The notes under the pieces were generated by a model, which was not told the origin of the DNA, made no database searches, and saw nothing but the letters and a program-made list of their open reading frames with translations. Shown piece after piece: positions 13,831 through 26,800 of a stretch of 64,000 bases of DNA. The number at the start of each line of letters is the position of its first letter. The stretch's first letter is position 1. Origin of the DNA: Octopus bimaculoides (Eukaryota); contig NC_068981.1 of assembly GCF_001194135.2 (NCBI RefSeq), forward strand, positions 76,602,606-76,666,605. The letters are read 5' to 3'. The translations under genes and the position numbers were made by a program.

Positions 13831-14708
13831 TAAAAGACTCCAAACGAATGACTCTCTTGAGGGCGAACCACCACCGGCTATTAACCACAGCGCCGGTTAA
13901 CGCCCTCTGTACTAATTCCTTAATCCAGCTACAGTATTCGTCGCAAGTCAAAATAGACTTGTTTATCTTCCAGTAGCCGGATCCTCTCTTAACTGTACTA
14001 TCTATGTCCAATTTACACTTAACCATTCTATGGTCAGTGTAAGCTACTTGGACAAGCTGTGGACAGCTAAAACTATCCTTATCTCTTGTTCTTATCGCTA
14101 TTCTCTCTAAGTAAGACTTGAGCCTTCTGTCGCCATTAATCCAGGTTCACTCTGGGACGTTCGGATGGTCAAGCCTGTAAGAATCTGCTAGCTGAAAGCG
14201 CTTAAGCAGATCTACTAGGCGTGAGTTTGCTTTTCTACTAGTCGAGCCAACAACGCTATCGATGCGTGCGTCAACGATAGCGTTAAGATCTCCCAACGCC
14301 ACTAATGTCTTCGACGTCATGAGAAAGTTCTCTAGGTGCTGATAAAAATCAGTTTGAAATCCTCTGGCACAAGGTGCATAGATCCCGATCAACATGAAGG
14401 CCTTACTGCTGTATGTCACATCAAGGACGACTAGCCCACCTTCTAGGTCTACATTGACTGTACTTGTCTGCAGAGTCAAGCCTTTTCGGATCAGTACAAC
14501 TACACCACTCGACCTCCGGTCTGGTCTGGAGACATGATTTTCTCATAGTCATTCAAGAGGGCGAGAAGGTTTGTAAACTGTCCAGCTTGGTCTCTGTAGC
14601 AACCATCACATGCATAACGTGTGATCTGAGGTCGTCGAGGAAACAGGCTTTCTTCCACTTCCAGCTCAGACCACGCACATTCAAACATCCAAGTTTAAGT
14701 ACAGCCAT
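13820..14708 (-). pseudogene. LINE ORF2 AP-endonuclease domain, frameshifted
   Basis: ATG at 14708 (MAVLKLGCLNVRGL...), frameshift near 14560, continuing in track ORFs 14147-14479 and 13775-14026. Confidence 0.85.
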
Positions 14709-16558
14709 TAAAACAATGGGGAAAATATCAAGGACTCTACTTACCCTTAACTGGTTATGTTGGTGCTGATCTCACAACACGTGAGGCAGCCCCCTGCTTC
14801 TCCTTCTTCTTCAAATAGCTGGGCAGGTCCAAAATCCTCCTGATGGTCTTTGGATGCCTCACCTTCATTTGCCTATATAGTGTTTCACCTATCCAGGCGC
14901 ACTTCTCGTTTAAATCCCTGTGTTGTGGGAAAAGTTCAGTAATGTGGTGTCCTATTATAATTTGATCTACATATTGATCCTTGGTATTATATTCTACCCA
15001 CATTTTAGTTTCTTTTTTCCCGTCTTTTCCTGGGGCAATGGGGCGAGGCTTTTTTTATTGTTTGTGGTGAGGTGCTGCTTTCTTTCTCTTTTGTGGGGGA
15101 TGTGGATGGGGAAAGTTCGTGAGTTCGTTTCCGAACTACCGTGAACTCCCCCTCGACCACGTCCATGGTGTCGTCTGGGGGAGTTATGCGTTCTGGTGCC
15201 ACTTTAAAGGGGGTGAGTATATTTGGTGTTGTTGGGGCTTGTGTTTGCATGGGTTGGATTTTTTGGGTATCATGTTTAGGGGCNNNNNNNNNNNNNNNNN
15301 NNNNNNNNNNNNNNNNNNNNNNNNNNNNNNNNNNNNNNNNNNNNNNNNNNNNNNNNNNNNNNNNNNNNNNNNNNNNNNNNNNNNNNNNNNNNNNNNNNNN
15401 NNNNNNNNNNNNNNNNNNNNNNNNNNNNNNNNNNNNNNNNNNNNNNNNNNNNNNNNNNNNNNNNNNNNNNNNNNNNNNNNNNNNNNNNNNNNNNNNNNNN
15501 NNNNNNNNNNNNNNNNNNNNNNNNNNNNNNNNNNNNNNNNNNNNNNNNNNNNNNNNNNNNNNNNNNNNNNNNNNNNNNNNNNNNNNNNNNNNNNNNNNNN
15601 NNNNNNNNNNNNNNNNNNNNNNNNNNNNNNNNNNNNNNNNNNNNNNNNNNNNNNNNNNNNNNNNNNNNNNNNNNNNNNNNNNNNNNNNNNNNNNNNNNNN
15701 NNNNNNNNNNNNNNNNNNNNNNNNNNNNNNNNNNNNNNNNNNNNNNNNNNNNNNNNNNNNNNNNNNNNNNNNNNNNNNNNNNNNNNNNNNNNNNNNNNNN
15801 NNNNNNNNNNNNNNNNNNNNNNNNNNNNNNNNNNNNNNNNNNNNNNNNNNNNNNNNNNNNNNNNNNNNNNNNNNNNNNNNNNNNNNNNNNNNNNNNNNNN
15901 NNNNNNNNNNNNNNNNNNNNNNNNNNNNNNNNNNNNNNNNNNNNNNNNNNNNNNNNNNNNNNNNNNNNNNNNNNNNNNNNNNNNNNNNNNNNNNNNNNNN
16001 NNNNNNNNNNNNNNNNNNNNNNNNNNNNNNNNNNNNNNNNNNNNNNNNNNNNNNNNNNNNNNNNNNNNNNNNNNNNNNNNNNNNNNNNNNNNNNNNNNNN
16101 NTGTGACATTTTCAATTGCCACCGCGGCAACTACCGAAAACTTTTTCACTGGCTCCTCCAGCTTACTTTTTTCATGAATTATTTCGACCGATATACTCGG
16201 CCGAAATTAATTCTTCACACAAAAAAAAATATTTTAAAATTTCCTAAAAAGGGAGACCTATGATAGGTTTTCTTTTCCAACAGTTCAAATCCAACCCCCA
16301 CTGGGGGAACGGTGCAACAATAAAGCCCACAACGGTATTTACAAGTTCAATCCTCAAACAAGCAACAACTAACAATTGCCAAAGTGGCTTTGCAAAAAAA
16401 TCCAATTTCCGCTTCCCGCCACCGGAAAACAGCTCAGAAACGTGCAAAGTTCAACGCAACAATGGCACACGGTTAACAAATCCAATGATGAATAAATTCA
16501 GCAATCAACAAAACATCCGACTTACATACAAGCAAAAAGCACGTCCAGCACCGGAAAT
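13820..16558 (-). mobile_element. L1/Tx1-type LINE, 5'-retaining and 3'-deleted (5'UTR, ORF1 partly in gap, ORF2 endonuclease)
   Basis: APE motifs LGCLNVRGL, ATETKL, IGIYAP, LGDLNA and GSGYWKINKSIL; ORF1-like basic segments at 14.75-15.28 kb and 16.1 kb. Confidence 0.85.
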
Positions 16559-16591
16559 GGAAGCAAGCTTCTTACCGCACAACCATGCCTG
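16559..16591 (-). mobile_element. SINE family B 5' head fragment
   Basis: Minus strand CAGGCATGGTTGTGCGGTAAGAAGCTTGCTTCC aligns with the head of the 4172 copy (AAGCATGACTGTATGTTTAAGAAACTCGCTTTA). Confidence 0.65.
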
Positions 16592-16719
16592 AAATGAAAT
16601 ACATACAAAACCAGAATCAGTAAATTCACTTTCTGTGAGTAACTTTACTCCAGGTTCTGAGTAAATTTACTTCATGATAAATTTAGAAACCCCTGATTAA
16701 GAGATAATTTGAGAGAGAA

Positions 16720-18250
16720 CTATGTAAAGGACCAGATTGTGGTTTGAAGTATATGTCACAAATAATAAAATAAATTCCAAAACAAAAATTCTAGTATTGA
16801 ATATGTTAGCTGAAATTGCAACAACCAATACAGATAAAGCAGAAGATTTTAATAAGTGATTATATTAGTGTGACTGATAACAGTAGAAATCCACCGATAA
16901 ATCATTACTTTTGATTTTGTCAATTCTACTTTATAAATTTTCTTCTCAACCTGATAATTTTCTAGCAGAGTTTTAAAGAAGCCTAGCCTATGAATTGGCT
17001 TATCTTTTTACCACTCTTGTTTAAGTTTGGTTTTAATCAGAGAGAATTAACTTTCTGCTTGAACTCAGTCTAGAAGTTCCAATGCATAAAAAGTCATCAA
17101 TGCTTGAGGTAGAAAATTATCGGCTTATTAGCTTGATTTGATTTTATGTAAGGTTGTGAAAATTCTAATTAAGGAAATTTCAAACGATTTCTAAAATGTA
17201 GAACAACGTTGTTTTTTAAAATAAAAATCAAATCAACATTATCTCAATTATTGCTATGTATCAACAAGTAAAGTAAATCTATTGATGGACGAGACTTAAA
17301 TGCCGACTACGTAGATTTTGTTAAAGACTATCATACTGTATCTCACAAAAAATTCCATTCATCTTTTAGTGTTTCTTTTATCGGTAAATTGGGTGATTGG
17401 CTTAAATCTTTTTCTTCTCAATAGAACTCAAAACATTATGATTAATAAAGGCTTATCGCAAAAATGTAATTTAATTTCATGTATTTGTCCAAAATAATAA
17501 AATAGGTCTAATAAAATTATCGTTTACTTCTAAGAAGTATAGTGACAAGTTTGATCGTGTCGCTAATATAATTAGTTTATATTACTTGACGACTGAACTG
17601 CAACTTGCCTTATCTATTTATATGTATCATATACTATGCTTTGAAAATAACAATACAAAGACAACGTGTGATATTGTAGGTATAAATCTAGATGTATTTA
17701 TGAGTAACTATCACAGTTTTTGGTACACAACATTAATAAAACTAAGATAGCCGTTATACGAATGAATTGTCAGTTCTGATATTTATAACTTCAGATAAAG
17801 ACTTCATAAACTGTTTTAATGCATTTAGTCGTATACTGGAATATGTTTGGTTTCTTTATTATGAAAAAGATCGAATCTAGCTAAAGACAATTTACTTGTG
17901 GAATTCTTTAAATAAAATACATGATCGTTTGATCATTTGACACAAAAGAATTACGATACACTTAATAGTCGTTAAATTGAAGCATACCTTATCATATTCT
18001 TCAGAATTGTATATAGACATATCGATTAAATTGTATGATTTTCCGCATATAGTACAGTAAATACGCGATGGATTGCAGTTCATTCAAGAATATAACCGTT
18101 TAGACTGTCAAACGGATTACTTCTTCCTCGATCAAATATATTTTGGAATGTTTGCGGAGCCAATATTGTTTTACATTCAGCACTCAATGCATTTTGTATC
18201 GAGTGGGATAAAATAACCTAACACCTATTGAATATAATGGTTAGCTATAA
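16720..18250 (+). mobile_element. heavily decayed CR1/L2-group LINE reverse-transcriptase region
   Basis: Residual DKAEDFN, VPMHKKSS..VENYR.ISL, STLSQLL, YVDFVKDYHTVSH and DWLKSF..NRTQ motifs across stops and frameshifts. Confidence 0.65.
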
Positions 18251-19139
18251 ATGTTATAAGTATCATTACTAAATAAAATGATAAAATACATTAATTAAAT
18301 TAATCAGTCTAATGTATTTCGTGTAAGATATAAGTCACTTACACAATTCTACCTTCATGAACACACATTCTTGTTAATCATTATTTGAAATTGAAAAAAA
18401 AAGTTTTTGTCATTATCTTAATATTTAATGCCAACTCTAGCTATCTTCAGCGTACATTTTACATGACTTAACTTACTGTTTGATTTTTTTTGTGGTGTTG
18501 GTGGTGGGGGCAGTGTACTATGTAGATGTATATGTACGTATGTAATCACGTTTCATCTGTAAATATATATTTACCTATACATTCGTATGTATTCATATAA
18601 TTGTCTCAGTGAATTTGTATGATTTGACTTATCCGTATGTGCATATATATATGCTCGTATGTATATACACACGTATGTACACTTTGGATGCTTCTACTTG
18701 AGTTTACATTTCCATTAATAAATTCTGTGATTGTAATATTTTAATAAGTCCCGTACTTTCTTCTCTGGAAAAGCCTGACTTCTTGTAAATGTTACCAACG
18801 CATTTAGTTACATAAACATGTTCTCAATAATCACTGGCATAAATCTGAAGTTATAGTTCGGGTGTAGTGTCTGCAGATGTATGTATATATTTATGTTTGC
18901 GTTTGTAGGCATGGAAATATCACGTGAAATTCGTGAAATTGCCAATCTCGGTTTAAATAAATACGCTACCAAGTTCTACATACGTAAATACTTGCATTCA
19001 TGCATGCATACATGTTTTTATATTTATATACATGAATGCATATACATTGAACTCCTGAAGAAGCAGTCACTCCATGCCAACCCAGAAGTACAGGACAAGT
19101 TTAACTCAGTAAAGAATGGAAAGAGTAACAGTCTGAGTT

Positions 19140-19740
19140 CCGCAAAAACATTATGCATGGGTCTGTTTCACGCACACTTGAGGAGAATAATAACATTAAA
19201 ATGAAGTGTAAACTCTCTTGGACTCATGAATGCTACATTGCATCACATCTTGAAGGTTATACTTTTGAAATCCAAAAGCAAGAAATATCCACAAAATGCC
19301 TAGCGAACAAACGATACAATGAAGCTGTCTCAAGATTCAGCGTAAATGTCGATTATGTCACTTTTCTGTGGCGGATATAACATGTGTAGTCAGCAGATGC
19401 GCAGAAATGTCATCAAGGTACAACATCCAACTGTAACATGGTGCTGCTAAAACAATACGCAACGCTGTCCGTACAAAAGAGTGACCAGTGATAAATGTAA
19501 TCAACACCTTTGCTAAAGAATACATAACACAAGGAATAGTGGTGGAACATTTCCATCAAAATTTCTACCAAGCGTAAACAACAAACCTAAAGTAGTTATC
19601 TGAGTGTAAGAAGAAATTTCGTTATAGTCTCAGAAGTCAGCTTCCCTGAGGATGTGGGTGTCTCATACAAAATAAGCAAGAAATATTTATGGACAAGTGC
19701 TTCGAAAACTGCAGTTCCGCTAGTTATTTACAATTTACAT
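19140..19740 (+). mobile_element. decayed RLE-type non-LTR retrotransposon C-terminus (related to the 8 kb remnant)
   Basis: MHGSV...SHLEGYTFEIQKQEISTK, WWNISIK and EVSFPEDV..YGQVLRKLQ motifs. Confidence 0.7.
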
Positions 19741-20463
19741 CCATACTCATAAATATTGGTGCAATTTGGCTACGTTAGTAAATGTTTAAGTGGGAATCTG
19801 GAAAAGCTAGTATTTTCCAGCCAAAGAAATAAACAGGCTGTTAAGCATTTTACACACACTTATCGTAAGGGGCACACTAAAAATGCTTTATCTAAATTTC
19901 GACATGTAATACTTGTTATTGTTATTCAATTCCCAACGATACATCATTATTTCTCAGAAATCAGCCCTTTTCTTCTAGAAAGTAGGCTTATAAAATATAA
20001 GCAAGAAGACCTACAACTATTCATACACACACACATATACGCAGAAAATTTCTATAGCTATATCTACAAACGTGGTTTGATTTCACTACAACATATCTAC
20101 CATGAATTATCAGAATTACTGGATTAGTTTAAGATGTAAAAAGGAAAACAAAAGCAGGAACGGATGTTATCTGATGTTTTCAGAATATGTGGATCCTAAT
20201 ATTTAAACAAATCTGAGTAAAAATACCAATAGCAAGTCATTGGTTTGTGAAAATCATTATTGAGCTGGTAGAAATGCACTCAGAAATATATTCACTACAA
20301 CTGCACTGAATTTGGGTGAGATATAAAACAAATGAATTACCCATCAAGTGTGATATGACAATTTAGATTGGTAACACTGGACATTATCGTGAATTTCAAC
20401 TGAAGTCGTATTTGAAGGTTCATAAGAGCAATGCTTCACAGTACATGCTATATTTAGACTTAG

Positions 20464-20506
<43 letters not shown>

Positions 20507-20849
20507 GCACGCACACACACACACACACACATCTACATACACACACGTATGCGCGCACGCACATGCGCACACACACATGCAAGCATGCAGACGCGCAAAG
20601 ACACACATACACGCATACGCACACATACACACTCTCACGCACGCACACACATTACATATGTACATATATATGTGTCTGTATATATGTGGATGCCTGTAAG
20701 TACTCGTACCTATGTATTATCAATAATTTTTGAGTACTCCATATGTTATGTAGGCAGAGAATTTATTGTAATAGGGTAGATAAATAATATTGCCTTTAAA
20801 TAATATTATGTTTCATGTCAAGCAGCCTTCTTTAGATAGATGTGATACG

Positions 20850-21500
20850 AGTAAAAGCTTTTCCCTGCAGTGATAGCTTTATTTAATCGCTGTTTTACTT
20901 TGGTAGCATTTTGTCAATTTCCACTTGGGTACACATTTGGCGAACTTTCATGAAAGAGGAATGCCAGCTGGCAGGCTTACTCGTATCTCTGTCCGTATAC
21001 GCAAACACAGATTAGTATTAAGCTTTCAATCCTGTTCTAATGCACGAATAAAATTGTTTAAAATGCCAGTATATGAGCGAAACTTTCAGAAACCATTCGA
21101 TAACTTGAGTTTACTTAATTTCAACAAATTAAATATTCTCTACAAATAAATTGCAACTATGGAACTTTTGATGTATAGCTTGCTTTCGTTTAGTATATTG
21201 CAAATGATGTTAAAAATTATTAAGCGCTCCCTTTTACAGTTTTTGCCTTACCGAGTTTATATATTCTCCAATCAGAGAAAAAGTGAGCTAACTTAGACTA
21301 TACTATACTGTTAAGGTCTTACAGCGTGAAACATATACCCATTGTTGAACTTGTCTAGAAAAAGACATACGATTGTCATTTCTGTAAGCATTTAAGTGAT
21401 TTCCACAAACATTACCTAGTTTCTAGAAATCTTCCCATTCTTCATTCAAAATTACTAACAATTGTCGCTAAATTTTTGCATCAATTCTGTAATTTAGTGA
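20850..21500 (-). mobile_element. possible very old LINE RT remnant
   Basis: Weak IFNIICN, VIEWFLK and QVEIDKML resemblance to RT subdomains. Confidence 0.3.
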
Positions 21501-21624
21501 GAGATTTTGCTACGTTTAAGATGATTTATTTTTCTGTTTGCATTGAGCATTCACTTTATGCAATATATATATATATGTATGTATGTATGTATGCATGTAT
21601 GTATGTATGTATGTATGTATGTAT

Positions 21625-21817
21625 ATAGTGAGAATTTACAAAAAAACAAAAGCCGAAGACGGGTGTGTAAACAACAAACAGATGCATTAGTTTAACGCTC
21701 GGGAAGTGAGAAAGTCTTTTACATTTCGAGCCTACGCTCTTCGACAGAAAGGAACACAGAAATAAACAGGGAGGGAAAAATGAAAATAGTTTTAGTCGCT
21801 AGCGATCTATCATTGCG
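21625..21817 (-). mobile_element. Penelope-like terminal repeat with hammerhead-like motif
   Basis: Contains the 21716-21751 motif; homologous to 30240-30400. Confidence 0.55.
21716..21751 (-). ncRNA. minimal type-I hammerhead-like motif, variant core CUGUCGA
   Basis: CUUU-CUGUCGA-A-GAGC(GUAG)GCUC-GAA-AUGU-A-AAAG: stems I and II pair perfectly. Confidence 0.55.
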
Positions 21818-22031
21818 NNNNNNNNNNNNNNNNNNNNNNNNNNNNNNNNNNNNNNNNNNNNNNNNNNNNACACACACACACAAACACAAACACACACATA
21901 CACACGCATATAGACAATTATACATATATACATATATGGATTTATATAAATACATATATTTACATATATATATGTATATATGTATATATATATATGTATA
22001 TATGTATATATATATATGTAAGTATGTATTA

Positions 22032-22287
22032 TTAAGTATATAATTATAGAAATATAATTATAATCAAGGGCGCTGGATTGCCAACGCCTATACGCTAGAA
22101 GCAGATGTCAAATGTCTACACGCAACTCCGAAATCTTCGTAAATCTTCTTGCCCATTACCTCTCATTCGGCTTTGTGCTATTAAAGAAAATAGAGAACAA
22201 ATTTAGAGTGGCTTGTAGACCTAGCGTATAAGAATTACCACTCCAGGGCCCTTAATTATAACTGTATATTTATAATTATATACTTAA
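22032..22287. repeat. AT-rich foldback/MITE-like element
   Basis: Arm 22032-22119 is inversely similar to 22215-22287. Confidence 0.6.
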
Positions 22288-22609
22288 AATTTAATTTTAC
22301 CGATATGGGTCTTTTTTTATATGATAACCAGATATTATCATTTTAATGATTGTATCATCTATTTGAAAGTATATATAATTTTAGTTCTCTAGTCATTATA
22401 TTTTGCTGCGGTACTACATTCACCCCGGCATGATTTCTGACATTAACCACATAGCTAAGATGGACGATTAGATACAATGTATATGCGGGAAATGCATGTA
22501 TATATTGGTACCTGTACACAGAAATTTATCGGTATTTATGTGTACTTTTCGCTTATATATTGTCGGTGTATTTCTACTGGTGAGTGTAAAGTAATTTTGT
22601 ATTACAGAA

Positions 22610-22828
22610 CCCGAAATCTTAAGATATAGGGTTATCCGAATTTTTTGTAAATCTCCTTGCCCATTACCTCGTATTCGGCCTTGTGTTATTAATAGAAATC
22701 AAATTTAGAGTCGCTTGTAGATAGACGTGTGACATCTACTTCTAGCGTATAGGCGTTGGCACTCAAACACGTTTAATTATAATTATATTTTTATAATAAT
22801 ATACTTAAAAATCAATTTTTACCGATAT
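22610..22828. repeat. second partial copy of the 22.0-22.3 kb element
   Basis: Direct similarity to about 22125-22310; 22721-22808 is inverted relative to 22032-22119. Confidence 0.7.
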
Positions 22829-23103
22829 TGGCTCATGTGCGGGCGACACATGAAATCTTCCGAGCGGGATCGTTGCCGGTGCCCCTGGGCTGGCTCTTGT
22901 GCGGGTGACACATGAGGTTTTTCGAGCGAGATCGTTGCCAGTGCCCCTGGACTGGCTCTTGTGCTGGTGACACATGAAATTTCTTCGAGCGAGATCGTTG
23001 CCGGTGCCCCTGAACTGGCTCTTGTGTGGGGTTCTGGGATTTTCGAGCGGGATCGTTGCTGGTGCTCCTAGGCTGGCTCTTGTGCGGGTGACACATGAGG
23101 TTT
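22829..23103. repeat. GC-rich ~62-bp minisatellite running into a gap
   Basis: Units start at 22829, 22891, 22953, 23016 and 23074 (TGGCTCTTGTGCGGGTGACACATGA...GATCGTTGCC.GTGCCCCTG). Confidence 0.95.
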
Positions 23104-23757
23104 NNNNNNNNNNNNNNNNNNNNNNNNNNNNNNNNNNNNNNNNNNNNNNNNNNNNNNNNNNNNNNNNNNNNNNNNNNNNNNNNNNNNNNNNNNNNNNNNN
23201 NNNNNNNNNNNNNNNNNNNNNNNNNNNNNNNNNNNNNNNNNNNNNNNNNNNNNNNNNNNNNNNNNNNNNNNNNNNNNNNNNNNNNNNNNNNNNNNNNNNN
23301 NNNNNNNNNNNNNNNNNNNNNNNNNNNNNNNNNNNNNNNNNNNNNNNNNNNNNNNNNNNNNNNNNNNNNNNNNNNNNNNNNNNNNNNNNNNNNNNNNNNN
23401 NNNNNNNNNNNNNNNNNNNNNNNNNNNNNNNNNNNNNNNNNNNNNNNNNNNNNNNNNNNNNNNNNNNNNNNNNNNNNNNNNNNNNNNNNNNNNNNNNNNN
23501 NNNNNNNNNNNNNNNNNNNNNNNNNNNNNNNNNNNNNNNNNNNNNNNNNNNNNNNNNNNNNNNNNNNNNNNNNNNNNNNNNNNNNNNNNNNNNNNNNNNN
23601 NNNNNNNNNNNNNNNNNNNNNNNNNNNNNNNNNNNNNNNNNNNNNNNNNNNNNNNNNNNNNNNNNNNNNNNNNNNNNNNNNNNNNNNNNNNNNNNNNNNN
23701 NNNNNNNNNNNNNNNNNNNNNNNNNNNNNNNNNNNNNNNNNNNNNNNNNNNNNNNNN

Positions 23758-23815
<58 letters not shown>

Positions 23816-26800
23816 TACACACACACACGTATATGCATGTGTATGTATATATACATACTTACAGAAATGCGTGTACAAACGTGTGCGTGCATATACACAG
23901 ATATATATGTGTGTGCATGTATACACACACAGACACGTACATACACACATACACACACAAACACATAAATATCTATACACGTACTTTATTTCATATTTAA
24001 AGAAGGAGCTATTATGGAACTGAAGCCGGAGGAATAACTTCCATCTGATAAATCTTAACGCTAAATGTGAAGTACTGTGACCAACGAGATATTTCCAACA
24101 TCCCGTTCCTGTGTCAGTGTTTATCTATAACAATTAAAACCTCATTTATGCTCAATAGAAGCTCGTCAAATGTATGAACTGACAACCCACAAACTCAAAA
24201 TTGCTACAGACCAACATTGTAACATAATCATTCATTTCTTAGTTCTACTGACAGTCTTTGGCTCAAATGAAACCAACAAAAAGAATGAAAATATTTATGT
24301 TTAAATTCAATGCACACCTGAACTGTCTATTCCGAATTCGATCAACAAGTCCATTTCATTTACTCCATCTTGAACAATAGTGTGATGTTGTATATCATAT
24401 ATTCCACTGTGTTCTGTTGCATATGAGTTTTGATATGTATATGAATGTATACATATTCCGTTGGTGTATTTCCTGTCTGCAACGTACATACTGCGCATAT
24501 ATCTATCGATACAGTGGCCTATGCACAGTGCTTAAAATTGGATTGTACTTGTTTGTTGTTCTATTTATTGCTCGCAATCTTCTCATCTTCACCCTTCTCC
24601 TGCCACAATTCTGACAACAATTTGCTCTTCAAATGACCATGAATACCTCCTCTAATTATTCCAACTCCGTAAAGCCTTTAAAGTTTTCATATTTTCGTCC
24701 ACTCCTTGCTGATCTCGGTTCTTCAACAAATTTTCTTTGTTCTTTTCTTGCGTTCACGGCTCTGCTAATGAGCGACAGTGAATGCTATAGTGTGTGTATG
24801 TGTGTGTGTATGTGTTCATGTGTGTGTCCCCTTTTTTTGCCACCTTTTCTTTTTTGCGTTGCGATCTCCTTTATCTCCCATCTCATGTTACTTCACCGTA
24901 AACATTTCAACCACTGGTGTGGATTTTATTTCAGACTTTGACTGTCATCTCTATCACTCAATCTTCCATATTCCCTTCTTTCTTCATTGGTCAACTATCT
25001 TATTACTCGCATAAAATTTTACCGGATTTTCTTCCCCTCGCCCTACATGTACTCCTGCCTCTACTCCTTTGAATCATTCAGCACTTTATTCGTGATTTTG
25101 TGAAAAGATTAAGTAGAATCTTTATATATTCTCTTATTCAGAAGTGCGTAGGTACTCAGCATGACAAATTCTTTCACTCTTCACACAAATAAATTCACTG
25201 AATTCCTCTATAAATTTGTAGTTGGAATACCTGACAGTATTTGTAAGGAAAAAAAATAATATATATTTTTAATATTGATTTAATTCATCACTAAATGTTT
25301 ATTTTAAATTGACGTTTAAGTTTTGAACGGACAATGTAGAAATACAGAATTATTTAATATTCATTACTGAAGGAAAAAATAACAGGAAAAAAACCCAGCA
25401 AAATTATTTTAAATAATTTAAGCACACATAAAACAGAGAAGAGAACAGATATACCAGTAAAATGTTTAGTTTGGAAATAGAAGGCTAGTAACACATTCTA
25501 TAATTGAAATGTTTAGAAACCGACCGTCCTAAGCTCCACAACTTAAAAACCAAGAATAATGCAAATTTACATGACATTCAGACTGCGATATCTCGGCAAG
25601 AAATGAAGTTAGGAAGCTGGTTTTGCTCTTCAAATGACCGTGAATACCTCCTCTAATTATTCCATCTCCGTAAACTTATATATTTATTTATGCTTCTAAA
25701 AGATGAAACAATTACTGCGTCTTTCTCATTTTGTCAAATATACCGGTACTACGAAACGGTGTGCTGCATTGCATATTATAGTCATAATACCAAGAAAAAA
25801 TATACAGAGGCCCCACCACCCAAAGGTATTGTTAAGGGGCAAGTAAGACAAGATAGTAAGGTAATAGTCCATTATCGTTACGATGGTAACGAATAATATT
25901 AGAAAATGAGCCATAACACTTCGAAAAACGATACAGGGACCATACCAAACTTATTGATTGAGCGTGTGTGCTTACAACGGTGTGTTATTAAACCCTCTGG
26001 TCCGAGTTTGGGTGAGCGAGTGTCGAGTCAATAGCGTCGGGGTACAATTTTTTCAGCTGGATTTTCGACCTTATTGCAAACCTCACCGGTTCTTCCTCCC
26101 AACTTTTTCTGATTCTAGACGTCAAGGCGAAGAAAACGATATAGCAACCTCGAAAATCGCCAGGGTGGCGCTTACAACACTCTGTCACTAAACACCTCAA
26201 GTAATAAATAAAATTTTTCGTCGTCTATTAAGAATTCAGGGAATTGTCAACGATTATTCAGTAAAGGTTATAGAAGTGACTCAAATTGATATCAAATTAC
26301 TTAAAAAGCAGTCAGTATCAGTGCTGCCACAGCTCTCATTTTCTCAATAAACTTTGTATAAAGAAGTTATCTTCAATGTTAATACCTATTTCTTCAACTC
26401 GTGGAATAACGAAACAACTTTTGAACTGTTATACTAGCAATTTATAGGTTTGGCTGCAATACAATGGGTTTTATTTATTTTTTATCAAATATCAAAACTC
26501 GAGAAGAAACTCAAGTTTTCTTTATCCTCTGGAAGACAAAAGATCGCATGCAGTGAGTGAACATTTCCGAAGAAGAAACCAATAAGGATTTTCAAATCAA
26601 GGAATTCAGTGATACTTTCATATCTGGTTTATTTCTTTTCTGGATTATAACAGCGTAATCTTGTTGGATTTTGCTGACACAACCACCAAGATGAATGCAA
26701 ATTACTACACTATCAAGATTAATGCGAAGTACTACACTGCGCATAAAGAAAAGTCTCAAGACGAAACAGTGAACGCCTAGACTATTATGTATTAGTCAGG

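Noticed and set aside
22829-23103. CRISPR array or coding repeat
   Set aside because: Whole units are repeated with no unique spacers, the context is eukaryotic, and no cas genes or protein motif are present.
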